DNA of 64,000 nucleotides from Selaginella moellendorffii (Eukaryota > Plantae > Lycopodiophyta), in contig NW_003314347.1 in the NCBI RefSeq assembly GCF_000143415.4, positions 1 to 64,000 on the forward strand, given 5' to 3'. The notes beneath the pieces were generated by a model that was given only the letters and a program-made list of their open reading frames with translations, did no database searches and was not told where the DNA came from. Both the position numbers and the translations under genes were made by a program. Positions 13,040 through 25,367 of this stretch are shown in pieces (positions within the stretch are counted from its first letter, which is position 1; each line of letters opens with the position of its first letter).

Positions 13040-15654
13040 TCCTCATATTCCAAACCATCACCATGCCCTAGTGATTTGGGACTCAAACCCAAGCACTAGA
13101 GGGTCGGGACTCAAACCCAACCTCCATATATACATTTATAGATGGCATTGCACATGATACCTGGCATGACTCCCCACGCCAGTGCACCAACATGTACTTA
13201 AAGTGCGCTATAGATCATAGCTTAAGAACCTAGTTCCTCCGCACTGCCAAGTCCTCTCACTTGACAAATTTGTGATCATGCATGGATTCTTCCATGCTCA
13301 GCCCCATGGGCCACCCTTTTTGAAGTTAGCACCTTTGATTAAGGGGTTTGTTCCCCTGACTTGCCAATCTCATTTAGCAAGTCATCCGGCCACTGTAACA
13401 TAGTTCATGCATAAGCGTGAAAGTCCTTAACCATTGACTTTTGTTTAAAGTCCTCTTTTTGAACACTCGGGAACTACTTCCCCAACTTTGATAGCCTCGC
13501 CTCATGGCCAACTTCAAGACCACGCTTCTGCTGCGCCTCTCTAATTTCACGTATTCTAGGAACCATTTACACTTGACTTTCTAAATACTTATCCACCTAG
13601 AATTGTCTTTAGGAACTTTCAAAAAACTCTGTTCCTTAGTTTGCTAAGGCTTCTCCTTTGCAAGCTCCCTACTCACCATATAATCTAACATGGATAATTC
13701 CACATTTTAGATTCTCTATAGCATCACGGTTGCTAGTAACAACATCCTTGAGCACCCTCTTGATTCTCCACTCCCAACTTGTATAATCATATTTGGTTAT
13801 GCCCTTCGATTTCTATAGTTCAGTTCCATCCCAATATTACTTGCCTTTTAGCCTCATATGTTTCCTTTGGTTATTCTCTTCCAGACTAGGAGGATAGCTT
13901 TGCACCTTCTACCATGGCTTAGTAAGTATTCATAGGGATGAACCTACCCAATAGCTTAGGGAGTGGTTCCTCAATTTGGGCATGTTCACCTTATAATCCC
14001 ACACATCGGGATTAACATTGTTATTTATGTGCTTTTATATGCTCATTACTAACCTTGCCAAAATCCCATTTTTAACTTTGTCCAAATTGGGTAGACAGAT
14101 TTCTCCCGTCTCCAGAACCTTGAACATTTGGATAACACCTCCTATCCATCATTCATTAGGGACTTAATCCCTTGGGCTTTATCTAATGCTCTCGCGACAC
14201 CAAACACCACTTCTTGGTGTTTTAGAGTGTTTGGGTGTCCTAATGATGGCCTTTTCTTTTTTTTGGCAATGAGCATTCCCTTTATGACATTGACTTATTA
14301 TATCGCAACATAAGCAGTTTCTCCCCCATAAGGGTATATCTAATTTCTTTATCCCCATAAAAAGTTTTACGTAATTACCTTCTACCAATTTAACAAATTA
14401 TTTTGCACCTTTTGCTTATTGCCTCATAGTTGTCAAATCCTACAACTCATTGCTAGTGCTTCCACACCTCCATCATTATTTGGGTCACCACACTCTAACT
14501 GCATGCCTTCCAGTTTAGGCTATGCCATTCCCATTTCCATTGGGATTCCTGTGGAAGGGGTTCTCATGAACCTACCAACTTGCCCTCAATGCAGCACACC
14601 TTGGCACATTTGGTGCATCCACACCATCAACTCCACGAATCTACCTTTATAACACTTCTTACTTGTGTCTAGGTCTTTGCCAAAGACCAATACGGTTGTC
14701 TCTTATATCAACTATCAATTAGCACTGCACTATAGTGTTCACACACAACTTTATGCCAAAGTTGCTTTCTTTTGGGGAACATTTTTCCCATGACTTTAGT
14801 ATGGCACATTTTGCCATCGATGAGATACCCTCTGTTCTTATACTTGGATTTTATGATCCCCCTCCATCCTTCATGGGGTATAACATAGCTCAGTCTAAAT
14901 GCTTCCATCAATACTTTAGGATTATTCCTTGACTTTATTTGAGTCATCCAACTTTTTGGACTTTGTCATCCGATGACCTGTGAGGTCCTACCTTTGAGGT
15001 GCCAGCTCGCTAGAATACAACTTCTTGTATTCAGGTTTTACTCACAAGGACCATCTTTGCAAGTATTATTCTGACACTTGATTTGTTCTCTTGGGGTAAC
15101 CTTTTGCCCCTTAGAACCACTTGTTCATATGATGAGAATATCAACTCATCCTCTGAGTACACCCCCAACTCCTTGGGTTGTTCCAGCATTTATTAGAGGT
15201 AGCTTTGGCTACCATTTTAAGGACTTATGTCCTCTTCTGTATTTGACCTCTCACGGTCATCAATTCCAGTCTCAAATTTATGACCACCAACTTTAACTAT
15301 ATGAGGGTAATTTTGTGACTCCTTTATTGTTTTGGAGTCGACATCTTTCCCATGATCCCAACTGTAGTTGTTTACCACAACTACATCAGCCAGTTTACTA
15401 AGTTAAACGCTTATTTGGATCACATCCTCAACTCTTTAAGGAAACCCTTATACTATTCCTAAGATCCCAAAGTTGTTCCCTTATTGGCCCTTTTCTATCC
15501 ACCACATCACGCCCAAGTTCACACATGAACTTGAGTGGAGAGTCATGTCCTCTCGACATACTTCTCCTCAAGGATAGCCCCACTCCTAAGACCTTCCAAT
15601 GCCAACATCAATAGTGATATACTTGAGCACCAATAAAAGTTAGACTAAGGAATA

Positions 15655-15666
15655 GCTCCGATACCA
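15655..15666 (-). promoter_or_regulatory. Primer binding site (tRNA-iMet type)
   Basis: Minus strand TGGTATCGGAGC adjacent to LTR 15670-17347. Confidence 0.85.
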
Positions 15667-15669
15667 AGT

Positions 15670-17347
15670 TGTAAACGACTAATTTTTCCATTCTACTTTA
15701 ATCACTTAACCATACCTCCGACCACTTGAAGGAGTCTCATTCACAACCTCCATAAGTCCACTTCCAGACTTGGGGCTTGCTCGCCCTGAGAAAGGCATCC
15801 ATGCCCCTCAACCTTTGCACTTGGTCCAAGTGCTCCATGTGTCTAATCCCATAATCGACACCCCAAGGTACTACCAATATACTAGCCCGTTACGCTAGGC
15901 TATGCCCATTCACCTTGGTCACATCGGTGGTCCAACACCACATGCATTGCAATCCCGTCTCTCCAAGACTGGGCCATCTGTCCATGAATGGTCATCCCAG
16001 ATCCACTCCTTAGCATCCTTAGGATGCCTATAGATATGGGGATTAGCCTTCCCCAATATCCCTTTTCCGGTCCCCACTAAGTCCCTTTTCTGTCCTTGGC
16101 CGTGTTCGCCAACATTACCATTGGATCAAGGCTCACAAGCCTGACCACTAAGTCCCATGGTCCTCTAGGACTTCCTCCTCACATGACCGTATCATTGGTC
16201 TCTATATTAGAGGTCTCTTCCTTTCCACAGTCTGGGACTTTGGGGTGACATTTCGGAACACCATGGCCTTACGGGAGCCTCATGGGTACTCTCCACCTTC
16301 CGCCTTTAGGTGCTCTAGCCATGGGCTTAGAGCGAGGTTCCATTGAGCCACCTCAGGTATCCAAGTAGGTAGTGCCACTTACACTTGGACTAGGAGCATC
16401 GATCATTCGATCTCCCAGGGGAACTAGAGCCGGCTCTTGAATATTTCACCAAGCTACCCCGCTTGTTAGTCCATATTCACTTTAGTCTTAGACTTCCTAG
16501 TGGTCAGATCATCACCCAACACTGGGTCTGGCCTTCCTAGGCCAAACTAACCTTTCCTAGCCAAACTGGCTCCACTAGAGTCCTCCCCTTACTATACTTT
16601 TGGAGCTCACCAAACCCCCCAGGGTCTGGGAGATGAACGCTTTGGGCTTTCACCCTCTCAGACTCGAACTCGGACTTGGACTCGGACTCGGACTTGGACT
16701 TGGGCTCGGTCTCGGCCTTGGTCTTAGTCTCGGCCTCGGCCTCGGTCTCGGTCCCAGTCTCAGTCTTGGTCTCGATCCCGGTCTCAGTCTCGGTCTCAGT
16801 CCCGGTCTCAATCTCGGTCCCGGTCTCGATCTCGACTTCAGACTCCATCTCAGGTCCTTCTTGGACTCCATCTCGGATTCCATCTCAGACTCCATTTCAG
16901 ACTCCATCTCAAGTCCATCTCAGACTCCATCTTGGACTCCATCTTGTGTCCATCTTGAACTCCATCTCGGACTCCATCTCAGGTCCATCTTGGACTCCAT
17001 CTTGGGTCCATCTCGGACTCCATCTCAGTCCATCTCGGACTCCATCTCGGACTCCATTTCGGGCCCATCTCGGGCTCCATCTTGGTCCATCTCGGACTCC
17101 ATCTTGGGTCTATCTCGGACTCCATCTCAGACTCCATCTCGGGTCCATCTCGGACTCCTTTTCTAGAGACTCACTTATTGCTTGCTTCGTGCTTGTTCCT
17201 CGAGTATGTCGTTGGAAGTTCCACTCCTACTCGCGACCTTTCAAGTTTTAATTCAAACGTGTTACACTCGTTTGGCTTTTGCTTCGGCCACTACCACGTG
17301 GCACCCTTTTGGCTCCACTTTGGGGCCTAGGGATTTTGTGTCTCATA
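15670..17347 (-). repeat. 5' LTR of outer family-A element
   Basis: Similar to 1347-3146; flanked by PBS and TSD. Confidence 0.9.
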
Positions 17348-17352
17348 AACAC

Positions 17353-18600
17353 CAATAGAACTTTGTACCCTTATGACATACACATACCGAAAGGACAATA
17401 AGTAACAATCTTAATCCCAATGCTAAAACTTTATATACCTTAGAATCATCCCTTTAAAAGTCTGAATAAACCGTTTCATCAAATCATTTGTCTATGGATG
17501 ATAAAAGTGTAATGTATCCCTAACCAGGATGTTAAAAAATGAAATGCCTCAGCCATAAATATAAAACCATTATCCAAGAGAATTCATTTTGGATATAAAT
17601 GTTGGAACACCATTTAATTGAGGAAGAAATACTTAACAGTAGTCGTTAACACATTAGAAAGAGCACTGACTTCCACCCAATGAATTAAATAATCATAAAC
17701 AATAATGATATACTCATTGCTAATAGTCGACCATGGAAAAGGCCTCATCAGATCAAATGCCACCAACTCAAATGGACAAGAAATTGCAATTGACTTCAAC
17801 TGTCCTTCTGCAGCACGAGGGAGAGTATTAGGGTTTGGCATTAAACACAACTACGCACATATCGAATAATATCACATCACATCTCCAACTAATAAAAAAA
17901 CTTGCATAGCTACTAAATCTATCTGACCAGTCGATTGTAGACGAGATGGTCCTGATGCTCCAAGTTGCACTGTTTTGCACCAACTTCAAATGGCATCACC
18001 AAGAATTTATACAAACCAAATGATATATAAAAATAGTCTTGAGAATATCATTATCAACTATTAGCACTTACTAGTACCCAAAAGCAAAATTTAACTTGGT
18101 GAATTAACAATTCCTCCCTAGATAATTTAGAAGATCAGCAATGTGAAGAAAAGAATATATATCTAGAATAGTCACTTTGTTTAATGGCCAATAGTTGATG
18201 TAGAAGTGAATACTCCTATTAGTCTTTGTGATAAGATGAAGTTCATATGCCTAAAGACTTGATCCACTCTAATATACTTGGTTCCGCACGAAGTAAAAGA
18301 TTTTGGAAATAAACATCAAATTGCATTTTTGACTTAAATGGCTTATAACAAAGACAATGCAATTGTTGAAAAGCATCATCACAATCATTGATATATCTAA
18401 ATGCGTGTTTGAAAATGTCTAAAAGATTGCTCCAATCCACACAAGTGGCTATACTCAACCATTGTACATTTGCAACATTGTCCCTTGGAGGCACGTGAGG
18501 AACTCATGCAAACGCTAAACATCATCCCAATAATAATATGTAACAATTACTATAAAATGACCAAACTAATATACACATCATCTAAGATTCCCATGAAATA
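17353..18600 (-). pseudogene. pol: Degenerate gypsy gag/RT/integrase fragments
   Basis: ORF 17614-17850 PFELVAFDLMRPFPWS..NEYIIIVYDYL (rve core); gag-like ORF 18243-18494. Confidence 0.85.
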
Positions 18601-18659
18601 ACTTTGGCTGAATATGAGGATTGACAGCAAGAGCAAAAGAATTTGTACTATACATTGTG

Positions 18660-19573
18660 AATGCCATCTTACTTTTAAGATTGCCACAAGTTGTCGATAC
18701 TAAGTCCTAAGATTAGTATTTGATGAGCATTTTTCCATTTGTCTGAGCAAAGTCTGCTAAACACTTGGGCAATGTACAAATGGGACAATAATAGCATTAC
18801 AACTTTCATCATCGTCCACCTGTGAAAATGACTTGATGTTAGTTTATTTTCCCAATCTTACGGTATGTGGTTTATCTAAAAGGCTCCTTGCTCAGTGTTA
18901 TGGCAAATTGGACCATAAGTTTATAAAGTTTAGCATGATGTTTAACAGACAAATCCTCTAGAAATTATATATATGCAAAAGTTGAAACATTTTGTACAAA
19001 GGGATCAAAAATAAATAATACCATTTAAAAATCCACTAATGCCTCCTTTGGCCTATTAACTAAAGAACGCTAACTACCTTCCATTCTTCCGAGAGGAGAG
19101 GATTATGTGATATCCAAGTATACAGCTATAATAGTATTAGTATAGTATGATTTTGATAGCTGTTGAATTGATTTCAATCCAGACTATTCACTCATGTATA
19201 TAAACTAGGGTTTTTGGGCTAATTGATATGCATATTTTTATATTTTATTTTCATATTCCAAAATCATATTTATAAATTATGAATACAAGATTAGTCTAAA
19301 TAAATAACAACCATTATATGGTAGAATATCCTAGAATATCCAAGCATATTTTAGGTATATCCATTATAACCCAACCCAAAACATATAAATATAAATATAT
19401 GTATGCTTGTATTTAAAATGTTAACAGTTAATCTTAATAACTATTCTTTGACTTTTTGTAGGTCTATATTAGTGTTATATTAATAATAACTATTTATTTA
19501 ATTTTGATTAGTATTCTTAAAATCTTAATGCTTGAAATTTATTCATATTCTCTAGTAACACCATACAATTATG
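18660..19573 (+). mobile_element. Gypsy integrase 3' remnant, PPT and family-C LTR
   Basis: Similar to 60200-60950; PPT gagaggagaggatta at ~19091 followed by tgtgatatcc. Confidence 0.7.
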
Positions 19574-19996
19574 NNNNNNNNNNNNNNNNNNNNNNNNNNN
19601 NNNNNNNNNNNNNNNNNNNNNNNNNNNNNNNNNNNNNNNNNNNNNNNNNNNNNNNNNNNNNNNNNNNNNNNNNNNNNNNNNNNNNNNNNNNNNNNNNNNN
19701 NNNNNNNNNNNNNNNNNNNNNNNNNNNNNNNNNNNNNNNNNNNNNNNNNNNNNNNNNNNNNNNNNNNNNNNNNNNNNNNNNNNNNNNNNNNNNNNNNNNN
19801 NNNNNNNNNNNNNNNNNNNNNNNNNNNNNNNNNNNNNNNNNNNNNNNNNNNNNNNNNNNNNNNNNNNNNNNNNNNNNNNNNNNNNNNNNNNNNNNNNNNN
19901 NNNNNNNNNNNNNNNNNNNNNNNNNNNNNNNNNNNNNNNNNNNNNNNNNNNNNNNNNNNNNNNNNNNNNNNNNNNNNNNNNNNNNNNNNNNNNNNN
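19574..19996. other. Assembly gap
   Basis: Run of N. Confidence 1.
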
Positions 19997-20937
19997 ATTA
20001 GTTAGAAATGGGCTTTGCTAAAATATAGGACATTAACTTTTGTATCTATCTTCTTTCTGCTGAGTAGATTCATGCATAGCAATACCCTTCTGATTTTGTC
20101 AATCTATACATATTTTAAGAAGAAGAAAAATATTTTATAAAAATTAAAAACTTGTAAAAGTGAAAGATCTGGATTTTCCCATACTAGATATCTATAATTT
20201 ATCCTTTTATAGTTGTTTGTGTGGAGATTTTGGGTTCCTCACTATCCTAACCATACCAAAAAGAAGTAAATTAAAAGCCTAGAGACAAAAGATTCAATCT
20301 TTACTTTTTCTTGGATTAATATCCGTAAATGGAAAACCAACCCATGGTCAATCATAATGTGGGAGATTTAAATTGTCACTATCATATCCATTTCACTAAC
20401 CAGAGAAGTTGATTCTCACAAAACTCTACCCCAGTGACATTAAAGTTTTAGCAACATTTAAAATATAATGTCCCAAAATTTCAAAAGGAAGTATGAAAAT
20501 GAATATGCGCATGTAATGCTCAATAGTTAACTTTATGTATTAACCTACAAGGACATTTAGTTCACATCTGGACAGCCACATAATGTCCCAAAATTTCAAA
20601 ACGACCTATGAAAATGAATGTGCGCATATAAATAGTGAATAATGAACATTTAATTCACATCAGATTAGGTTTCACTGGATTAAGTGCCCCGTGTGAAAGT
20701 TACCCACAGCCCCCCCAAAGGACATAGGAAGTCGTGGGAGGCACACCTGCCACTTTTAAAAGTTTGAATTTTGAAGACATGATAGCCACAAGATCCAGTA
20801 TATAAGCAAGGATTCAAAACCCAGGCATCTGTGTAAGCATTCTCTTTTCTAAGAAGAAAATATGGAAGATGTTCTAGTTTCCAGAATTTCGGGTGTCACC
20901 CATTTCGAGCTTCCATTCTTCCCAACAACATGCATTT

Positions 20938-21037
20938 NNNNNNNNNNNNNNNNNNNNNNNNNNNNNNNNNNNNNNNNNNNNNNNNNNNNNNNNNNNNNNN
21001 NNNNNNNNNNNNNNNNNNNNNNNNNNNNNNNNNNNNN
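20938..21037. other. Assembly gap (100 N)
   Basis: Run of N. Confidence 1.
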
Positions 21038-21738
21038 AGATTTCCATCTCTATAGAAGTTGGGTGATATAGTTTGCATTAATGTACTCTTTTGGCTTTCT
21101 TCTTTTGCATATATAGCATGTAACTTGAGTTATAAATGGAAATCCAAAAATAAAATGAAGACAAATTAGGACGAACTGGCAGCTATATATATAGTCATTG
21201 GAGCATTAATTCAACTAGGAACACGGGCACACTGCTCCTAATCAGTTTTTCCTCCCAACAGCACAAGGATCAAGAGAAGAAATGCTAGTAAAAAGGTGTA
21301 ATCAATTCGTCTTTCCACAACAGCTACATTGGAACCAAACACAAATATAAACCCTAAACCCTAAACCCTATATATATAGTCATTCGAGCATTATTTAACT
21401 CAAATGGCATCACCAAAAATTTATACAAACCAAATACTATATAAAAAGCAATCTTGGGAATATTATTCTTGACCATCGGCACTTATTAATATATAGAAAC
21501 AAAATTTAACTAAATGAATTAATGATTCCTCCCTAGATGATCCAAAAAATCAATAGTATGAGGAAGAGGATACACATCTGAAATAGTCATTTCATTTAAC
21601 GGCCAATCTAGACAGTTCCTCCCTAAACAATCCAGAAGATTAACAGTGTGAGGAAGAGGATATACATCTAGGATAGTCACTTCGTTTAATGGCCAATAAT
21701 TGATATAAAAAGTGAATACTCCTATCAGTTTTTATAAT

Positions 21739-22355
21739 TGTAAACAACCAAAGGGAATGATTTGAGAGATTGTCTATGGGGTTCAAATATAGAGGAAAAG
21801 GACCCATGAATAAGAGTGCACCCCCTTTTTCAATTGGTTAAGGGTTTTAAAATATTTGGAGTTAAGCGTCCTTGGGTTTCAATAGTATTGGCTAAGTGAC
21901 CTCCTGGGAAGTCCAAATTCAAAAGTTTACATTTGGTATCAGAACGGTCTTGGGTTCGACTTTATTGGTTGGCTAGGGGAATCACACCACATGTTAATTG
22001 ACATCTGGCAGGTTCAATTTACTCCCACTGGGCTAGTCCAGTTTATTCCCACTGGGCTTGACCCGAGAGGTAGGGTGTTAAGAGAGCAGGGCTCTCGGGA
22101 GAGTTGCAACTCTCAGTTTCCATTCATGAGGGCATGAATTTGCAAGGAAGTGTGGTGAATTATAAACAACCAAAGAGAACGACTTGAAAGATGGTTTATG
22201 GGGTTCAAATATAAATGGAAAGGGCTCATGAATAAAAGTACACCCCTTTTTCCAATTGGTTAAGGGTTTTGGGATATTTGGAGTTAAGCATCTTTAGGTT
22301 TGAATAGTATTGGGTTGAGTGACCTCCTTGGGAAGTCCAAATTCAAGAGTTTACA
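21739..22355 (+). mobile_element. Cassandra-like TRIM with 5S-rRNA-derived segment in each LTR
   Basis: LTRs 21739-21931 and 22161-22355; PBS TGGTATCAGA; purine tract before the 3' LTR; degenerate TSD ATAAT/GTGAT; 21860-21914 matches the plant 5S A-box to C-box region. Confidence 0.85.
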
Positions 22356-22880
22356 GTGATAAGATGAAGTTCACACGTTTAAGGACTTTATAACTTTTTG
22401 ATAGCACCTTACTTTAACATCTCCTTGACGTTTGTATATAAAATTTTGATCTCTTTTGACAATCTACAACAAATAAGAACCTTGATTGAACGATCCTTAC
22501 TTGGAATAGAATGATATGTTGCAATCTTAACCCTAGATAATATGTCAAATTCTGAAAAATCAACATACTCCTTCATGAGTTAGTCAACCGTTACAACACA
22601 AAAACCATCAGATGGATCTAAAGAAGGGATAAAAAATAAGACAGAAATATAAAAGGCAATAATGGGGAAACAAAAGTGATGGAAGTAGAAATAGAAAAAC
22701 AAATCATTGCACCTTAATCAATCCATATTAAAGATGAGGTCAAAAGTTTGATTTGGCACTACTTGTAACGATTGCAGCTCAAGCTTGAGATTGCCCACAC
22801 GTATAATTAGGTCTACATCATCCCGTGCATATGCATGTGTATTGCCATGAAGAATGAAAATTAACTTTATCACATGATGT

Positions 22881-23427
22881 TGTAAACAATCAAAGAGAAT
22901 AATTCGAAAGACAATCCATAAGGTTCAAATATAGAGAAAGGGCTTATGAACAAGAGTGCACTTTCTTTTTCAATTAATTAAGGGTTTTGGGATACTTAGG
23001 GTTAAATATTCTTGGGTTTGAGTAATAGTAGGTTAGGTGACTTCCCAAGAAGTCCAAATTCAGGAGCTTATATTTAGTATTGGAGGGGTCTCAAGTCCGA
23101 CTCTATTAGTTGGCTTATGGTAATTACACCATATGTTGAGATTGACATTTGGCAAGTTTAATTTGCCTTCAGTTAGGCAAGAGAGAGAGAGCTATGGCTC
23201 TCAACTTTCATTCATGAGGGCATGAATTTGCAGAGAAGTGAGATAAATTATAAACAATCGAAGAGAATAATTCGAGAGATGATCCGTAAAGGGAAAGGGT
23301 TTATAAACAAAAATATATCCCTTTTTCCAATCAAAAGGTAAAAAGGGAGGAGGAGGAGGTAATTCTTTGGGTTTGAGTAGTATTAGGTTAGGTGACTACT
23401 CAAGAAGTTTAAATTCATGAGCTTACA
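22881..23427 (+). mobile_element. Second Cassandra-like TRIM
   Basis: Same LTR family; perfect TSD GATGT; decayed PBS. Confidence 0.85.
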
Positions 23428-24062
23428 GATGTAATTAAAGACAGCAACATGTGGCAACAGGCCATGCAATGGAAAATAAACTTGAGTCTATATCAACCAA
23501 TACAAAGAGAATAATAAGAGATTTTTTGTTATAAAAACAAATTTAGATAGTAAACACTAAATGAACTAGTGTCAAGTGAATCCCTTGATAATATTCCCGA
23601 AAGAAAAATGAAGGGGTCATTAACTTATTTGTGCAACACCAACAAAACATTTTTGATGCCAAAACATTATTGATACCAAGGTCTTCACCTAGGAAATAGA
23701 GGTTGCCAATCTAGAAAACACTGACAATACCAATAAATGTGATTAACTTCATCATATGCTTAACAGTGGATATCACAGCCATGATCACATCCTCGCCCTT
23801 GTTCTTGAACTCAAGTAATAGCAATATCAACCCCCATTAGAATAAACTATCTCCCATAGGAAGTGGAGCTAAAAGATATATAATGAAATGTGGAAGAGGC
23901 AATATTTCATAATAATATGCTAAACAAAAAACATCGTAAAGGTGGTTGGAGCAAGTGTATGCATGAGTTGTACAAGATTTTGAAGAAGTGTTGGCCACAA
24001 CATTCCCAACTTGATCCACACTGATATATTTGGCTCCACATGAAGCAAGAGACTCTAGAAAT

Positions 24063-24086
24063 AAGCTCTATTTCGTTAAAGTGGGA
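24063..24086 (+). repeat. Left TIR AAGCTCTATTTCGTTAAAGTGGGA
   Basis: Exact reverse complement of 37821-37844; preceded by AAAT. Confidence 0.95.
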
Positions 24087-24504
24087 ATTGTCATTATCCC
24101 ACTTGTAAAATAAGGTTTCCAAACCTTTATATAGTATATAAATATAACAAAATTCAACTGCATTGAGGCACATGCCATTTTATTTTAAACAAGGAAATGT
24201 CTACTCAATCACTTCTCCTCCCCCTGCCACTGCTTCACCTCTCTCTTCTCCTTGTCATCGTCGTCCAATTTCTTTCCATCCTTTTAATATTGGCTCAGTT
24301 GCTCCGAGTCTAGGTGGAGCCCAAGTCCCCATTCAATCTTTACTTTCCCCTTATTAATAAAACAACTTCGCAGACTTTCAATAACATGCTGTAACACTTC
24401 TAGTATAATGCAAATCCTCTCAAAGAATTGTCTTTTAATATTAATACAATGGCATGGAACCCCATGCCATAATAAGTTACATTTTTAAATAAATACATGC
24501 TATC

Positions 24505-25367
24505 TCAGACTGTTATTTTTTGCCTCCAACGCCTATACAATAATCTTGGAATTTCATCACTCTCCACACTATCAGGATTTAAACCCAATAGTAATGCCAT
24601 CTCTTCTCTAATATGTCCACGCTCATGTTCAGTGGTCGAAGAACCCATCCGGTTGAGCAGATTATGGAGATGCAGATAGTGCTTGGCTAGACAATATACA
24701 TGCCATAAATGATGACTGGTGTCTGTCCGATCAAATGGCTTCTGATATACTGTTCCATCTACCATTTGATTGATTTCTGCAGCCACCTCTTGGACTGGCC
24801 GGTTCTCTATCACCATCGCTCCAAGCCGTTCTGCAAGGTCCCCTAGAACATATGGTTTCTTCTCCCTAGTTTCCATACTGCAAGAGATGGGGTGCACTGC
24901 ATATATGTGCGTGTTCGCTGCAGTTTTAATCGGCGAGTCATCGATGATGAGGATTTCACTTGACCTAGCAGTCCGGTTCATCACTACAGCCTCTGGCTTG
25001 ACGAAGATGGGCTTGCTACCCCTCACATGGACCATAGTCAAGCAATCCTCCTGCATTAGGAGAAAGTCAAATGGTAATATTACTCGCGTCTGATCGTGCA
25101 TCATCTGTAGCAACGTTAATGCATTGTGGCGCATCATGGATGTCCAAACTCCCAATTGCAAATTGAACCTGGCCCTCTGTTTTAAGTGTCGCATGGTCAT
25201 TATTAGATCCCGCAATTTCTCCCGTGTGATTAATGTGAATCTGTCTCTTTTGACCAACTTGCGACCGCATGCTTTGGAGGGTGCAGTGACATTCGAGGAC
25301 GAGCCACGCTCATGGGAGAAAAGGACACCGTTCAGATCAAAAACGATACAGTACCTTCGCCGTGACT
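24505..25367 (-). CDS. FCP1-homology/NIF (HAD-superfamily) phosphatase-like domain; last exon of the cargo gene
   Basis: IVFDLNGVL (motif I variant), LGVWTS (motif II), IFVK (motif III), ILIIDDSPIK (motif IV). Confidence 0.8.

Larger units (their letters stand above)
1347..17347 (-). mobile_element. Outer non-autonomous LTR retrotransposon ('family A') inserted into a gypsy integrase remnant
   Basis: LTRs 1347-3146 and 15670-17347; TSD AACAC (1342-1346, 17348-17352); minus-strand PBS 15655-15666 and PPT 3147-3160; no intact gag/pol ORF. Confidence 0.9.
21380..24062 (-). pseudogene. Degenerate gypsy RT/protease/gag remnant hosting two TRIMs and the DNA transposon; continues at 37845-38250
   Basis: Reverse-complement similarity to 58250-58560 (RT) and direct similarity to 18240-18650 (gag). 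Confidence 0.7.

Noticed and set aside
19504-20005. ORFs made of X
   Set aside because: They span assembly gaps
21349-21370. (CCCTAAA)3 telomere-like repeat
   Set aside because: Too short for an interstitial telomere; a common telo-box
21860-21914. 5S rRNA gene
   Set aside because: Only the ~55-nt internal promoter part, diverged and inside a TRIM LTR
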